From contig OX597820.1 of assembly GCA_951406725.2 (NCBI GenBank), forward strand, positions 87,172,001 through 87,236,000: DNA of 64,000 nt. The letters run 5' to 3'. The first letter of the stretch is position 1. Each line of letters opens with the position of its first letter. The notes beneath the pieces are model-generated. The model had not been told where the DNA came from. It made no database searches and saw nothing but the letters and a program-made list of their open reading frames with translations. A program made the position numbers and the translations under genes. Shown one piece after another: positions 24,218-37,402 of this stretch. Source of the DNA: Octopus vulgaris. Taxonomy: Eukaryota.

Positions 24218-25358
24218 TATACACACATATGTGTATGAGTGTGTATGAGTGTTTGTGTATGTGTATGTCTACGCGCGCCCGTGTGTGTACACATATATGT
24301 GCGACTTACCAACTCCAACTCAAAATGTCAATACGAAGCTTTGACAAAAGACGCTTGTTTAAGGTACCTACTCGATGGGAGCGTACTCGCCAACACATGA
24401 CCGCCGAGAGAATTATTTAACCACGCAGCTATACCTATTACATAAGAACTTACATAAATTAATGTTCTGTCATAACCGTGATAAGATCATTTCTATAAAA
24501 TTCCGACAATATTGTAAATACTATTCATTATACTCTCTTTAACTGGTTACGTCTCGTGCTTATAAACTATGATGTGAAATCAACCAAAGAGATATCACTA
24601 ATATTCACAAACCGAATAAATCGCATTAAAAGACTTAAAAGAATCGATTAATGTTTTGTCACCAAAACTACTATTTAATTTCATTTCCAATTCATGATAT
24701 TTGAAGCTAATTTATCAATAAAATATATAAATGAAACTGTCACGAAATACATTCCATACAGGTGTATACATGTAAATGAGCTGTGGCAGTCACAATTTTT
24801 GTTTACATCTAAATTAAATAGGAAGCACTAGCGTGTGTGAGTGTGTGTAGGTGTATGTGTGTGTGTAGATGCAGGCATAGGTGAATGGTTGAGAAGTTGG
24901 CGTCGTAACTTCGACGGCCTAGTTTTGATCCCACTGCGCGGCATCTTGGATAATTTGACTTTACCACAGATACAGATCGATCCAAACTTTGTGAGTGAAT
25001 TTGAGTAGATGGAAGGCTTGTAGTGGCTCATCGGATAGACTATATCTATAATTCAAAGAGCCAACCTTGCCACAGGTTGATTCTATTTGAGAAATACTCT
25101 AAGAGCATACGTATCTCTGAAATAATTACTCACTTCGCACGCTAGCCAAATAAGCAGTTTGAGTTGGTGATCCAACAATAGGAAGGTGATGGACAAGCCT
25201 GTCATATACATTCACGCCAACCAAGCCTATTTGGAAAAGAGGGTGATTTTAGTCGGCCGCCCTGCTGGACAAAAAGCAGTACGTATCAAAGGGCGGACGA
25301 GCCCTGTCGAAACAACGGCCATACAACATCTAAAACCACACATACACATATATATTTA

Positions 25359-25395
<37 letters not shown>

Positions 25396-25619
25396 ACACG
25401 AGTGGCCTCTTTCAGTTTCCGCTCACCAATTTCCATCACAAGGCTTTGGTCGGCCTGAGACTACAGCGGAAGACACTTGCCCAATATTTCACACGGTTCA
25501 AATCTGGAATCGTGTGGTTGGGAAACAATCATCTTGTCATACAATCACACAACCTGTATATGTATGTATATATATATATATATACATACACACATGTGCA
25601 CACACATACACACACACTT

Positions 25620-25830
25620 ATATAGTCCAAATTTACAGAAAACAAAAGTTGTAGACAGGTGAGAGCACAACAAGTCAAGGAGGTGTATTAATTTGACGCT
25701 CGGGAAGAATGGAAAAGATTTGAGGGTTTAGAGTCTATGCACTTCGACAGAAAGGGATGAGGGGGCAAATGGAAAGAGAACTAAAGGATGGAAAGAGAGA
25801 GAAAATGTGTTGGGGCTAACGCTTTTCATG
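25620..25830 (-). mobile_element. Penelope terminal-repeat fragment (decayed hammerhead-like motif)
   Basis: Similar to 39833-39995 and 59360-59530. Confidence 0.55.
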
Positions 25831-25840
25831 ATGATAAAGT

Positions 25841-25876
<36 letters not shown>

Positions 25877-25879
<3 letters not shown>

Positions 25880-26491
25880 GTGGTTATCTACTCCTTATGC
25901 AGAGTCTGAGCACCTCTTGCACTTAAAAGTTAGATCTATCATGGCGTATGATGTGGCTTTTTAAACCAGACAATGTATTGAAAAGACACCCACATAGATT
26001 GCATATATGATTTGGACCACCAAGAGCTGCAGTTAAGTTCTGATCTTTGTGGATCATAAAATATCTTTTGAGCTGCAGTTAAGTTCTGATCTTTGTGGAT
26101 CATAAAATATCTTTTGAGGCCTCCGTTAGATTTGCAGACCTTATGGTATACACGGCATTGAAAGGTGTACACAGATATATAGGCAGAATAGTTGGTGCAG
26201 GTTCTTTTCATGGGTCCACAAGTGAGATTTGATCCCAGGAAAAGAAAGGCACGGTCTGTCACAAACTGCACACAAAAATGTCACTGAGATTCATCTTCTC
26301 GATCGCAACATTCTTCTTTAAATATCTCTTCAGTCTTGCATGTATCGTCCTGGCTTCCTCAAAAGCTTTCACTCCACACATCCAACTCGTTCCGAAGCAG
26401 GGTTTCTATGGCTTTTGGATCCATTCCAAGTGACTTCATGGTAGTCCTTATGCCGTCATTAAACCTCTTTTTAGGTTTACATCGATTGCGT
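25877..26491 (-). mobile_element. RTE-clade LINE 3' end
   Basis: RNRCKPKKRFNDGIRTTMKSLGMD, C2H2-like CRVYHKVCKSNGGLKRYFMIH; flanked by (TG)n and (TACA)n. Confidence 0.75.
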
Positions 26492-27269
26492 ATAGATAGA
26501 TAGATAGATACATACATACATAGATACATACATACATACATACATACATACATACATACATACATACATACATACATACATACATACATAAATAGTTACG
26601 TACTGGATTATACAATATGTAACTATTTTATGCGTTGCTTATGAATACCAATTTTCTGCTACTATCAGTCTCTATCCTATATTGCTACACATGCCCTCGT
26701 GAGCCTAATTCCAGAGTGGGACTAAATACACATGAGTATGAGTCCATGTATTCATTTGCCTACATGAAAGAAACATTGTCTGCTAAAGCAAAACAACATA
26801 CTGTTTTTTGTTGATAAGAGATATAAGTTTATAGTTTAAATGAAATGTGAATATACATTTTATATCGATGTTCTTGATAACCATCTATACATAAAATTTA
26901 AATCCCAATGAGCTTCTTTATCTTTAATTTTTCTATGACCAATAAATTAAAATACCTTTGAAGTTTATAAACTAAATGAATTACTCTAAGATTATTTTAG
27001 TGCATTAAACTTACTTTTTTAGTGCATTAAAATTTTTAGTACAGAGTAATGTTTTTGTGTACTATCAGTCTCTATCCTATATTCTAAATTTGATCAAATC
27101 TTATTGGTGAGAAAGAATCTGAGTATATGTGCATTTGGTTCTTTATGTGTCTATGCAATTTTTCCCCGTGTATGTATGTGTGTGCATCTATGTGTTTCTG
27201 CCTTAGTGTGTGTATATGTGTATCTAAATGTGTATGCGTATCTCTGTTTCCTTTTCATTTTTTTCTCAG

Positions 27270-28145
27270 GTTTAATATTATCGGCTGATTCTTTATTTTC
27301 CAGTACTGAAATACTGAATTAACTCAAAGCATAAGACAAAGACAATAAACAACCCACCAAAAAGCAAGAAGTAAGATACGCAGCTGCAGTGTGATAGACT
27401 GAAAGTTGTAAGAGATCCAAGAAAAAAGACGGAAAAAATTTTGTTTGCGAATTTGACTAAGTTTGAGTTGCTTCGATATAATCGAAACTGCGATTACATA
27501 TGAGACATTAAACATATTAAAATCTATTCGAAGTGCATTGATAGCCAAAGTAAAAGAAACGTACCGAGCCATTCTTCGGAATTACATGTTGAACTTGTTT
27601 CATATTTTACGTATAATTATAGCGTAGAATATTCAAGCGAATTGACGTCTCTGTAAGGACTGAGAATTAGCTGAGTGGTTAAAATATCCTAGAAAATGTT
27701 GAACTGTATTTGCTCCAGCTCTCTGTATTTTTGAGTTCAAATTCCACCAAGATGAACTTTCATTCTTTTGAAATTGATAAAGTGCCTGTCCAGAGCGCTG
27801 GACTGGCAGAAGTGTTAAAACGTCGGACAAAATGTTACGTGCTACCTGCTTTGGTGTTTTTGTGTTCAGACGGAAAAGACTGGGGCGAAAGGGACGACAG
27901 GGACGAAACTGATGCCAAATTGTGCCAGTCTTGTCTTTCCCTTGGACAACAACAGTAACACGGAGAAGGAATGGCGTGCATACCTGGTCAATTGCTGGTC
28001 TACAACAGAAAACCTTACTCGGGACTGCTCCTTTCTAGGTCCAGCTCCACAGATCATTAGATTTACAGATGTCCCAAATTCTAATGAGTACATTACTCAA
28101 TGATGTCATACCCATGAATGGAGCATTAAAAGATTAAACTGGAAA
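27270..28145 (+). pseudogene. C-type-lectin-like pseudogene interrupted by SINE fragments
   Basis: Strong acceptor TTTTTTTCTCAG|G at 27270; GLILSADSLFSS..., SCKR..., LSCFDIIETAITYETL...ILRNYML (N-half); after SINEs at 27650-27869, PNCASLVFPLDNNSNTEKEWRAYLVNCWST...DCSFL (C-half); in-frame stops. Confidence 0.55.
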
Positions 28146-28363
28146 TAAATATGGAAAAGAAATACCAAAATCACCATCATTATTTTAATTATTTTAACAG
28201 CGGATAAATTCAATGATATGTTGTTCTAATAAAATTTATCATCGAAGCATAGACTCCATAGTACTGACCAAAGTATTATGGAGAGAATCACTAAATAGAT
28301 ATACAATATTTTGATATTTTACACTGGTCGGCGTAGAAAAGCTTAGCATATTTTAGAGAATGA

Positions 28364-28758
28364 GGCGCAGGAGTGGCTGTGTGGTAAGTAGCTTGCTTAC
28401 CAACCACATAGTTCCGAGTTCAGTCCCACTGCGTGGCACCTTGGGCAAGTGTCTTCTACTATAGCGTCGGGCCGACCAAAGCCTTGTGAGTGGATTTGGT
28501 AGATGGAAACTGAAAGAAGCCTGTCGTATATATGTGTATGTGTATATGTTTCTGTGTCTGTTTTGTCCCCCAACATCGCTTGACAATCGATGTTGGTGTG
28601 TTTACGTCCCCGTAACTTAGCGGTTCGGCAAAAGTAACCGATAGAATAAGTACTAGGCTTACAAAGAATAAGTCCTGGGTCGATTTGCTCGACTAAAGGC
28701 GATGCTCCAGCATGGCCACAGTCAAATGACTGAAACAAGTAAAAGAGTAAAAGAGTAA
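28364..28758 (+). mobile_element. SINE family B, full length
   Basis: GGCGCAGGAGTGGCTGTGTGGTAAG head to AAAAGAGT tail. Confidence 0.92.
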
Positions 28759-28866
28759 TGAAAATACTCAGATATACGATCTGCTTGCAAACCAGCAATT
28801 AAGTTAATATTAGCGTATTTTATGTAGTGAGCTTTAAAATATTAGTCAGTTCATAACATCAATCTG

Positions 28867-29112
28867 TGGAGGCGCGTGGCTTAGTGGTTAGGGTGTTGAA
28901 CTCCTGATCGTAAGGTTATGGTTTCGATTCCTGGACCGGGCGATGCGTTGTGTTCTTGAGCAAAACACTTCATTTCACGTTACTCCAGTCCACTCAGGTG
29001 GCAAAAATGGGTAATCCTGCGACGGACCGGCGTCCCGTCCAGGTGGGGAATTTCTACGCCACTGAAACCGGGGAACAGTCCCTTATAAGCTTGGCATGGC
29101 TCGAGAAGGAAT
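28867..29112 (+). mobile_element. SINE family D
   Basis: GGAGGCGCGTGGCTTAGTGGTTAGGG head; tail GCGACGGACCGGCGTCCCGTCCAGG...CTCGAGAAGGAA. Confidence 0.88.
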
Positions 29113-30120
29113 ATAATATTATTCTAACAATTATGTACAATTATATAATAATTATTTTATATTTTCTCGATTTAGTTATTAAGCTAATTAAAGTTTCGTT
29201 TTCAGGATTTTTTTACTTGTTTAAATTCCCTCATATATTTGTGTTTTTCCAACGCTAAAACACCAGCAAAACACAGTGAAACTATTTCCTATTCTATATA
29301 GTTCTTAAGGCGGTTCGTTGACAGAATTGTTAGCAGGTCTGACAAAATGCTTACCAACATCTCTTCCGATTCATTACGTCTGAGTTCAAATTTCGGTACG
29401 GTTGATTTTCCTTTACATCCTTTCGGATCGATGTACCCGACTTATCCGTTCTCCTAAAACTATTGGCCATCTGCCAAAATTTGAAACCATTATATATAAT
29501 TAGTTTTCTTCTCTAATTGATTATCAATTTCTCTTTCAGTTTCTCATAGTCCTTTCTACTATAAACAAAAGGCCTGAAATTCTTGGAGAGGGACTTGTCA
29601 ATTATATCGGTTTCAAATTTTGGCACAAGGCCAGCCATTTCAGAGAGAGCACAAGTCGATTACATAATTACCTCAGTACTCAACTGACATTTTATTGAAC
29701 CCAAAAGGACGAGAGACATTGTCGACCTCGACAGAATTTCATTTTCTCATAATATAACTTTTAATATGTTAATAGATATCAGTTATTCTTGTTCTATTGC
29801 TGCCGACACAAGCCCTCACCAATTCCTCGTGTTCAGATTATAACATTCTTGAAATATACCTCGCTGTGAAAACAAACTCGTGTGCGAAGTGGTGTAAGAG
29901 AGTGACGTGTTAATTCTACCAGTCTAGAACAAAAGTAGTCACTTCCACAGGCTTCTGCACAATGTCCATCCACCAAATTTCCATCACACGAAATTGGTCG
30001 ATCTTAAGTCACAGTTAGAAGACGTTTGTCCAAATATACTGCGGCGCAGCGGAAGTGAACCAAAAGCTACGTAAAACAGCACAGCAATGACGAAAGACGA
30101 TGATGACGGCAGCAGCAACA

Positions 30121-30490
30121 GTGGAGGCGCAATGGCCAAATGGTTAGGGCAGCGGACTCGCGGTCGGAAGATCGCGGTTTCGATTCTCAGACCGGGCGTT
30201 GTGTGTGTTTATTGAGCGAAAACACCTAAAGCTCCACGAGGCTCCGGCAGGGGTGGGGTGGCGACTCCTGTTGTACTCTTTCGCTCCAACTTTCTCTCAC
30301 TCTTTCTTCCTGTTTCTTGTCCCCGACTTTCTATGCAACCGCTGAGCCTGGATGCGCATTCATCCATCCGCCGATGCTCTCGGTGTCGGGGGTTGACCTG
30401 CTTTCTCTTCTGCGGGTCTTACGAATAGCAAAGGACCACGTTTCGGACTTCTCCCATCTTGCGAGCTCCGGGACGAAGACCGTTCGCTCA
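30121..30490 (+). mobile_element. SINE family C with alternative tail, in (CAG/CAA)n
   Basis: Same head and body as 6580-6963 but a different 3' half. Confidence 0.88.
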
Positions 30491-30549
30491 ACAGCAACAG
30501 CAACAGCAGCAGCAGCAGCAACAAGAGCAACAACAGCAAAAACATCAGG

Positions 30550-31340
30550 CCCTAAGAAATCATTACAGGAACGATGTACCAAGATAAATGACATATTGTA
30601 TTTAATATTTTCTGTCTGCATTCTTAGTCGTAATCTCCCCGGTTTTTGAATTATATCCATTCCTCCGAGAACGCTAAAATGTGGATCAGTAAATATAGAA
30701 ATTACTATAATCAATTATATTCCGATTCCACAAATTTGGATTATTGTATTTATCTAAATATTAAGTATCATATAACGAATGCTAATCATCAGACACTTTA
30801 ATGGCGCTGTTTTGTCTTACTCAGTTACTCATTTAGTATAACACTTGTTTCCTTTCCTCGAAACGACTATCTATTTATCAGCTACATTTCTTTTGGATTA
30901 TTTCTTGCCGACCCACAGTGGATTTCTCTGCATCTGGATTTTATCTTAGTTAATTGTTTGGTCTAGCATTTCCATGTTTAGATCTCAAATATCTTTAAAT
31001 TAATAATACACTATGTTTAGGGTAGTTAACGATGTGTATCTTTCTTGTGAATAGCGGTCCTGCATCCAGCACAAATCAATCGATATACTATATATAAACA
31101 AATACTCGGTAAGTTCTTGGGAAACTAAGTCAGTCACTTGATATCCGTTGAAAATTAGAAACCTTTTACGTTTATTTACTTCTTTAATTTTTTCTAATGA
31201 TGTCATTGGATAAAAACACAAACACTTTTACGCAGACATGTTCTCAGAACTAATTACGTTAGAGTTGATTTCACACGACTTTATCATTAGATCTTGTTCC
31301 ATTCGTCAGTCGTTTAGATGTCACCTTATTGGTCGGCATT
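30550..31340 (-). pseudogene. third C-type-lectin-like pseudogene (probably two domains)
   Basis: MEQDLMIKSCEINS...*KCLCFYPM...NGYQVTDLVSQELTEYL...CW; W/NARPNN; SRCREIHCGSARNNPKEM*LIN; second domain LW/IGI...SFILVHRSCND. Confidence 0.45.
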
Positions 31341-31638
31341 CCCAACACACTTTCAGATATTTTGCACACACACACATAAAGACAGATACACTCATACGCA
31401 CACGCACACACACATAGATACATACATATAAATATACACCCCGGCAAACACACGCATATGTAAGGTAAAACTTACTTGGAAAAGGTTGCGTGGCGTACAA
31501 ATCATATAATAATATAAATAATATATATATATGCATATATATATGTATGCATATATATATACACACAGGCAAACACATATATGTGATGGGTCAGGGTATA
31601 TGCGTTAGCTTAATGTTTGAAGCTGAATTAGTGAATTA

Positions 31639-31716
<78 letters not shown>

Positions 31717-31766
31717 GTGGGGGATAAATACAGACATACAGACACACACACAGTGATATATACATA

Positions 31767-32124
31767 TCTGCTACATATGTGGGCAATTCTGTGTGTGGTT
31801 GTGAACTCCTCCTACATCGTTTCATCGATTTTGATGAAACTTGACACGTTAGTAGAACTCATGTCTAGAAACCTATGCCATGCTTATATATAACTAATAT
31901 ATTTCATTTTAACAGCCAAGGGAACTAACCCATTCATTTTCCTAAATCATTCGGCATAAATCAAATTGAGTACGCTTATTTCTTAGTATTGGAACTGTTA
32001 GAGTTATTTTCGCAATTTACCCAGTACAACCTTTAAAGAAGTAAATAGTATAGTACTTTCCTAAACAATAGATCTACTTATTTCGGTTAGTGACTTATTC
32101 ACGAATATGCCAACGCTAGCGACG

Positions 32125-32128
<4 letters not shown>
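31767..32128 (+). mobile_element. non-autonomous Helitron
   Basis: Starts TC after A and ends CTAG before T; homologous to 54764-55170, which leads into Helitron RepHel coding sequence. Confidence 0.7.
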
Positions 32129-32164
<36 letters not shown>

Positions 32165-32724
32165 ACTGGCTGTTTCTGTACGTTCGTAGGGTCTTCCCTG
32201 TTGCTGTCACATTGTGAAGTTATAAAATTACATCAAATTTTTCAAATTTGGTATATTGAAATAATTTTCCTCGTTAAATCCGATTTTGTTATTTATTTGT
32301 TCCAGAAAAATTGCACAAAAATGTTACTGTGATTTAAAGCTTAATCAATTTTACCTCATCAGGAAACAGGGTTTGGAAGCTGACATTTTCTGCATGATAG
32401 TTGTCTATCACAAAATGAAAGCAAAATCATTACGTGGAGGAATTTGTATTAAAAAAATGAAAGCAAAGCATTACAACGACCAAAGTTGTAAGAACTTCTG
32501 AAGTTTTATTAAGCTTTAACGAAAAAATGCATGTGAAATAGTCGAACAGACATGTAAATAATCTAAACAGGGAAAAATTCTTAACGAAGTTTTTTGCGAA
32601 AAATTGCACAAATTTGTCCTGATTATCGGCTTATCTCTCGGGAAAGGCATGGAATAAAAAAAATATATAAGTCATTCTATTGTAAAAATTGCCCGGCAAC
32701 AAAGAGCTATTCAACTAATATATA

Positions 32725-33705
32725 TCAGGTTGAGTAAAAAGTAAGCAACGTTTTGAAGCCTGAAATTCATTACAATATATATCAACAATGCGGAAATTTT
32801 ATTCATCAAAGTGGAGTACCATTAAAATCAACACATTTTTGCTAACGAGTTACAAGTTTGTTTATTCCAGTAACATAAAAATCTGGAGTTCTGGAGATGA
32901 TGAAGTCTTTGGACGCACTTTCAGCATCGGTTTGATATTTTAATTCCTTCTCGCGCAGGAAACTATCAAGGTACTTGAAAAGGTGGTTGTCAGTAGGAAA
33001 AGGTCTGGGGAATAAGCTGGATGAGGAAGAACTTCATAACCAAGTTCCTTTAACTTCTAGAGGCTCATTAGTGAATTGTGTAGTGGATCATTGTCATGAA
33101 GAATGATTGGCCCTGTTCTATCGACCATTCTGGGACAGGGGAGTAGCAGTTCTTCGTTCATTTTGGCAATTTCATGGCAATATGTTTCTGCAGAAATGAT
33201 TTTTCCGGGTTTTAAGAAGCTATTGTGGATGAATCCAACATTACACCACCAAGCAGTCACTATAACCTTCTTTTGAAGAGCTCGGGTATAGGGAAGGTTT
33301 TGGTGCTTCATTTTGGTCCAAACACTGCGAATAACGTTTTTTTTTTATTATTGTAAAAAAACTACTTTTCATCACAAGTTACAGTACGGTCGACAAATGG
33401 ATCGATCTGGCTACGGAGAACAAGCGACGAGCAAATTTCATATCTGCGCATTTTCTGATTTTCATTCAAATCGTGTGGTACCCATTTATCGAGCGTTTTT
33501 TGATTTTCCGCTCTCATGCAAATGGTCGCAGGTAGTTTTCTAGCTAACTTTTGCCAGTTCACGAGTGGTTTTACGTGCATCTTTCTCAATGGGGGTCTTT
33601 AATTGACCGTCATCAAGGCTCAGGTCTTCCATCGTGAAATCGTTGAAACCATTTTCGAGCTGACCACTCACTAGTCATTTCCTGACCAAATGTTTCGTTG
33701 GTTTT
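32725..33705 (-). mobile_element. mariner (DD34D) transposase pseudogene with one TIR
   Basis: WVPHDL, VTCDEK, VTAWW, IILHDN, PHPAYSPDLFPTDNHLF; TA-flanked terminus TCAGGTTGAGTAAAAAGTAAGC; 5' side cut by the LINE at 33708. Confidence 0.9.
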
Positions 33706-33707
33706 TG

Positions 33708-35290
33708 TTTATTACCTATTACAGGCGCACATAGAGGGGACAATACAATATTATCTGGGGTCATATACAATCAAATGGTAATAAAAATTTTAAATGACAA
33801 AATGAAAAATCGAATGGGACACAAAAGACAATTACATACAATGTAAGACAATATGGGGTTTAAAAGACAGCTATGCTCCGACCTCACGAGCCCTGACTTC
33901 TCTACCGACACCTTGGAAATCTCTATGATGTGTTTCACGCGGGGCCTTTCACTCCCAACATACGTGCAACACACGTCCATCTTTTTTTTAACATACTTAC
34001 TGACAGACACCTTCTTTCCAGCCCCACCTTCCTTTTCAGGTGAAAAGTGAAAACATTCACCAGGGCGAGACCGGAGGCGAAGCTGTCTGTCCCAATACCT
34101 TTCATTCTCAACTACCATATCACTTCTCTCGCAATTGCTACTACTACTAGAAAACAATTCTTACCTTCTTCGGTAAGGAAATCCGGTGGGGTAATTTTTA
34201 AAATTGACTCAGACGATAGCTGTACTCTTCTTCCATCTCACAACAGGTGTTCTGCATAAGTCCACACTACTGATACATCCGGACACTAAACAATAGCGTG
34301 CAGGACGGTTTCCACGTCCCGCTCGCATCTTGGACAGGCCGACGGCTCAGGGTGGCCGTGTCTGGTGAGCTTATCCCGAACGGGTAGGGCTCCTCGGTAA
34401 CATTGACAGGGCAAAGACTTTTTGAAGTTATTCAGTGTCTTCGGACCGAATGTTCTTCGGAACAGGCTGTCTGATTATCATCGAGACCCAGAGTCCTTCT
34501 CAGGGCATCATCATTTCCAGCCTCTACCAACCTACATAGTAAGCCGCGATGGTACCGAAACCGCTGGCGTTTCCCGAGTTGCAGAACTGGAGGAAGTCTT
34601 GCGGCACTCCGTATACCAGGTACCCAACCTCGATCTTCGACGAAACCACTTTTCTCAATTCACCAAAACTAGTAAAGCTGGGGAACATCCGTCTAGCGAG
34701 CGACGACCACACCCGTTCACCATCCAGGTAGAGCCACAAGTGCCTCGACCTTAGCACATGCTTGCGCATCAACAGCAAGGCATCCCTAACCCACTCTTTA
34801 ACGGCTTTTGACAGCAAATAGAACGTCTTACAAGTGGAGCGGAGTTCATCCACAAAAAGCAAAAGATTTGCCTCTCCAACTTGGACAAGGAACGACAGTT
34901 AGGCGGTAAACGATGACCGATGCGATAAACACATTACCTACTTCCGCCTTCCCTTTCAAGGATAGCCACTGCCAAGACCAGATCTTGACTATGTTGGTTA
35001 CTTTGCTCGATACCTCGGACCAGTTCTTTTCTATCTGGAGATCTGTACCAAACCAGATTCCTAGCAACTTAACCGGGCCCTCCGTCCAGTGTCCCACGAC
35101 GCTATTCGAAGGCATCGACTTGCCCCTCCAGGTGCCGAGTTGCAAGCCAGCAGATTTTTTCCAATTAATTTTTGCTCCTGGCACCGTCTCGTAAACCATG
35201 ATGGTTTCGCCTAATTTCTGTAGGTGTTCCATCTTGGTCACGATGATAGTGATGTCGTCCGCGTACGCTGTAACCAATCCTCCACCTCCT
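33708..35290 (-). mobile_element. 5'-truncated Tx1/L1-like LINE
   Basis: AYADDITI catalytic motif, GAKINWKKS, VKLLGIWF, LSLKGK, CCHC finger CPRCERDVETVLHAIV*C (34280-34336), AATAAA at the 3' end. Confidence 0.92.
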
Positions 35291-35319
35291 GGGAAGCAAG
35301 TTTCACCACACACTCACAC

Positions 35320-35369
<50 letters not shown>

Positions 35370-36031
35370 GTGTACGTGTGTGTCCATCTATATTTCTTTC
35401 TCTTTCTCTATCTCTATATATTTATGTTTACACTCACACATATGACAGGCTTCTATGCGGTTTCCTCTATGAAATTTTAATCACACTTCTTTTAGTTAGC
35501 CAGAAGTTATAGAAGGAAACGCTTTCCCAGAGTAATGCGGCTATCGGACCACGAAGTTGCGAAGCAAATATTCTCACCTTACAGCTATCATTCTTCATTC
35601 CCTTGTGATCTTTCATGTCTGATTACAAATGTCGTTATTTAATCATATATTCAAATCAAACTGGTTGACCAACGAATATGATATTTATATGTAACTTAAG
35701 AACAGAAATCTGGACGCAAATGTACAAACGACAACAGGGAACATGATTGTAAGTTAGCAACTGATGAAATGATTATGTAATTTCCTATCAAATGTTATAA
35801 GGATGTACATTTTCGTTATAAACTTACTAGCATGCCCATGTCGTCAAAAATGTTGGTACTTTTATTAATGATAGAAAATGGTTCATCAAAGCAATTGAAG
35901 AAACCATTGATAAATGTCAGCAATAGATTAAATATATGTACAAACACAGTATTGAATCAGATGGAGAATTAGATGTGGTTTATTGTTTCTGTCGGAACTA
36001 TTATATTGCATAAGTGTGTGTGTGCGTGAGA

Positions 36032-36081
<50 letters not shown>

Positions 36082-36304
36082 GTGCGTGTGTGCGCGTGTG
36101 TGTGTGTTTAATAAATTAAATAACATCTACTACGGAAATTTGCAGTTCCGTTTTGATTAAAATACCAGCTACTTTAGGGCATAATATCTCCGTATAGCTC
36201 ACCTAAGTTCCGCATCTCTGTCACTCCTTTCCACTCCATTTGTCATTTTAGTAAGCAAGATGTGAAACGTATTGCGTTCTATCATATGTTATAAGCAAGA
36301 AGCA

Positions 36305-36520
36305 AACGAGCTGGCAGAATCGTTACCTCACCGGGCAAAATGCATAGCGGCGTTTCGTCCGTGTTTACTTTCTGAAGTCAAATTCCACCGAAGTCGACTT
36401 TGCCTTCCATCCTTTCCGGGTCTATAAAATAAGTATCAGTTGATCTTTGGTGACGATGTAATGTAATCGAATATCCCTCCCCCTGAATTTGCTGGCGTTG
36501 TACCAAAATTCGAATCCATT
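36305..36520 (+). mobile_element. SINE family A
   Basis: GAGCTGGCAGAATCGTT head plus GCCTTCCATCCTTTCCGGG core. Confidence 0.85.
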
Positions 36521-36939
36521 ATATGCTATAAGCAAAAATATATTTAATCCTTTCATAATCTCATTTCAGAATTTGAACGTTGTCTTAAAGTAAAAGACAT
36601 GAAAGAGAGAATTACGCTGAGGATCACAGCGCTTCACCGTAAGATCGCAGATTCGGTTTCGGTTTAATACGACAAATCACTTCAAAATGTAAAATAATTT
36701 AGCTCTCATTTACTTTTGTTACGTTACTCGGTGATTAAAAAATACATAGAATTTATGTCGTAGTTTAGCTCAAAGTCAGTACTGACCGGGCAGATTCCAA
36801 GTGTTCCAACCATGACCATACCGTCATTTTGGCCAACATTATCCAATAACCAACATTATTCAATAGGGCTTTCCTTCGGATGTTGATAGGTATGACTTGG
36901 TTGAATTAATGGATAAGTATAAACTACCAGTGTAAACTA

Positions 36940-37402
36940 GGCACAGGCGTGGTTGTATGGTACGAAGTTTACTTACCAACTACATGGTTTTGGGTACGAT
37001 CCCACTGCGTGCATCTTGAGCAAATGTCTTCTATAACCTCGGGCTAACCAAAACCGTGTGAGTGGATTTGGCAGGTGGACACAGAAAGAATCCCAATTTA
37101 TACCTTCATGAGTGCTTGTGTGTGTGTGTGCGTGTGTGCGCGCGCTTGTGTGTTTGTGTGTGCTTGTGTGTGTTTGCATGTCTGCGTGTGTCTTTGTGTC
37201 TGTGTTTGTCCCCACCCCATCACTTGACAACCGGTATTGGTTTGTTTACGTCCCCGTAAGAGAGCGGTTTGACAAAAACAATGATAGAAGTACTAGACTT
37301 TTTTAAAAAAGTACCGGGATCAAATCATTCCACCAAAAGTTCTTCAAGATAGTATCCCAACATGGCCGCAGTCTAATGACAAAACAAGTAAATAGATAAA
37401 AG
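36940..37402 (+). mobile_element. SINE family B (diverged)
   Basis: Head, core, (TG)n and tail all recognisable. Confidence 0.85.

Noticed and set aside
30121-30200. tRNA-like sequences (also 6890-6963, 7774, 28867, 53430)
   Set aside because: A/B boxes are present but they run into SINE bodies, several with TSDs, and lack a proper acceptor stem; these are SINE heads, not tRNA genes
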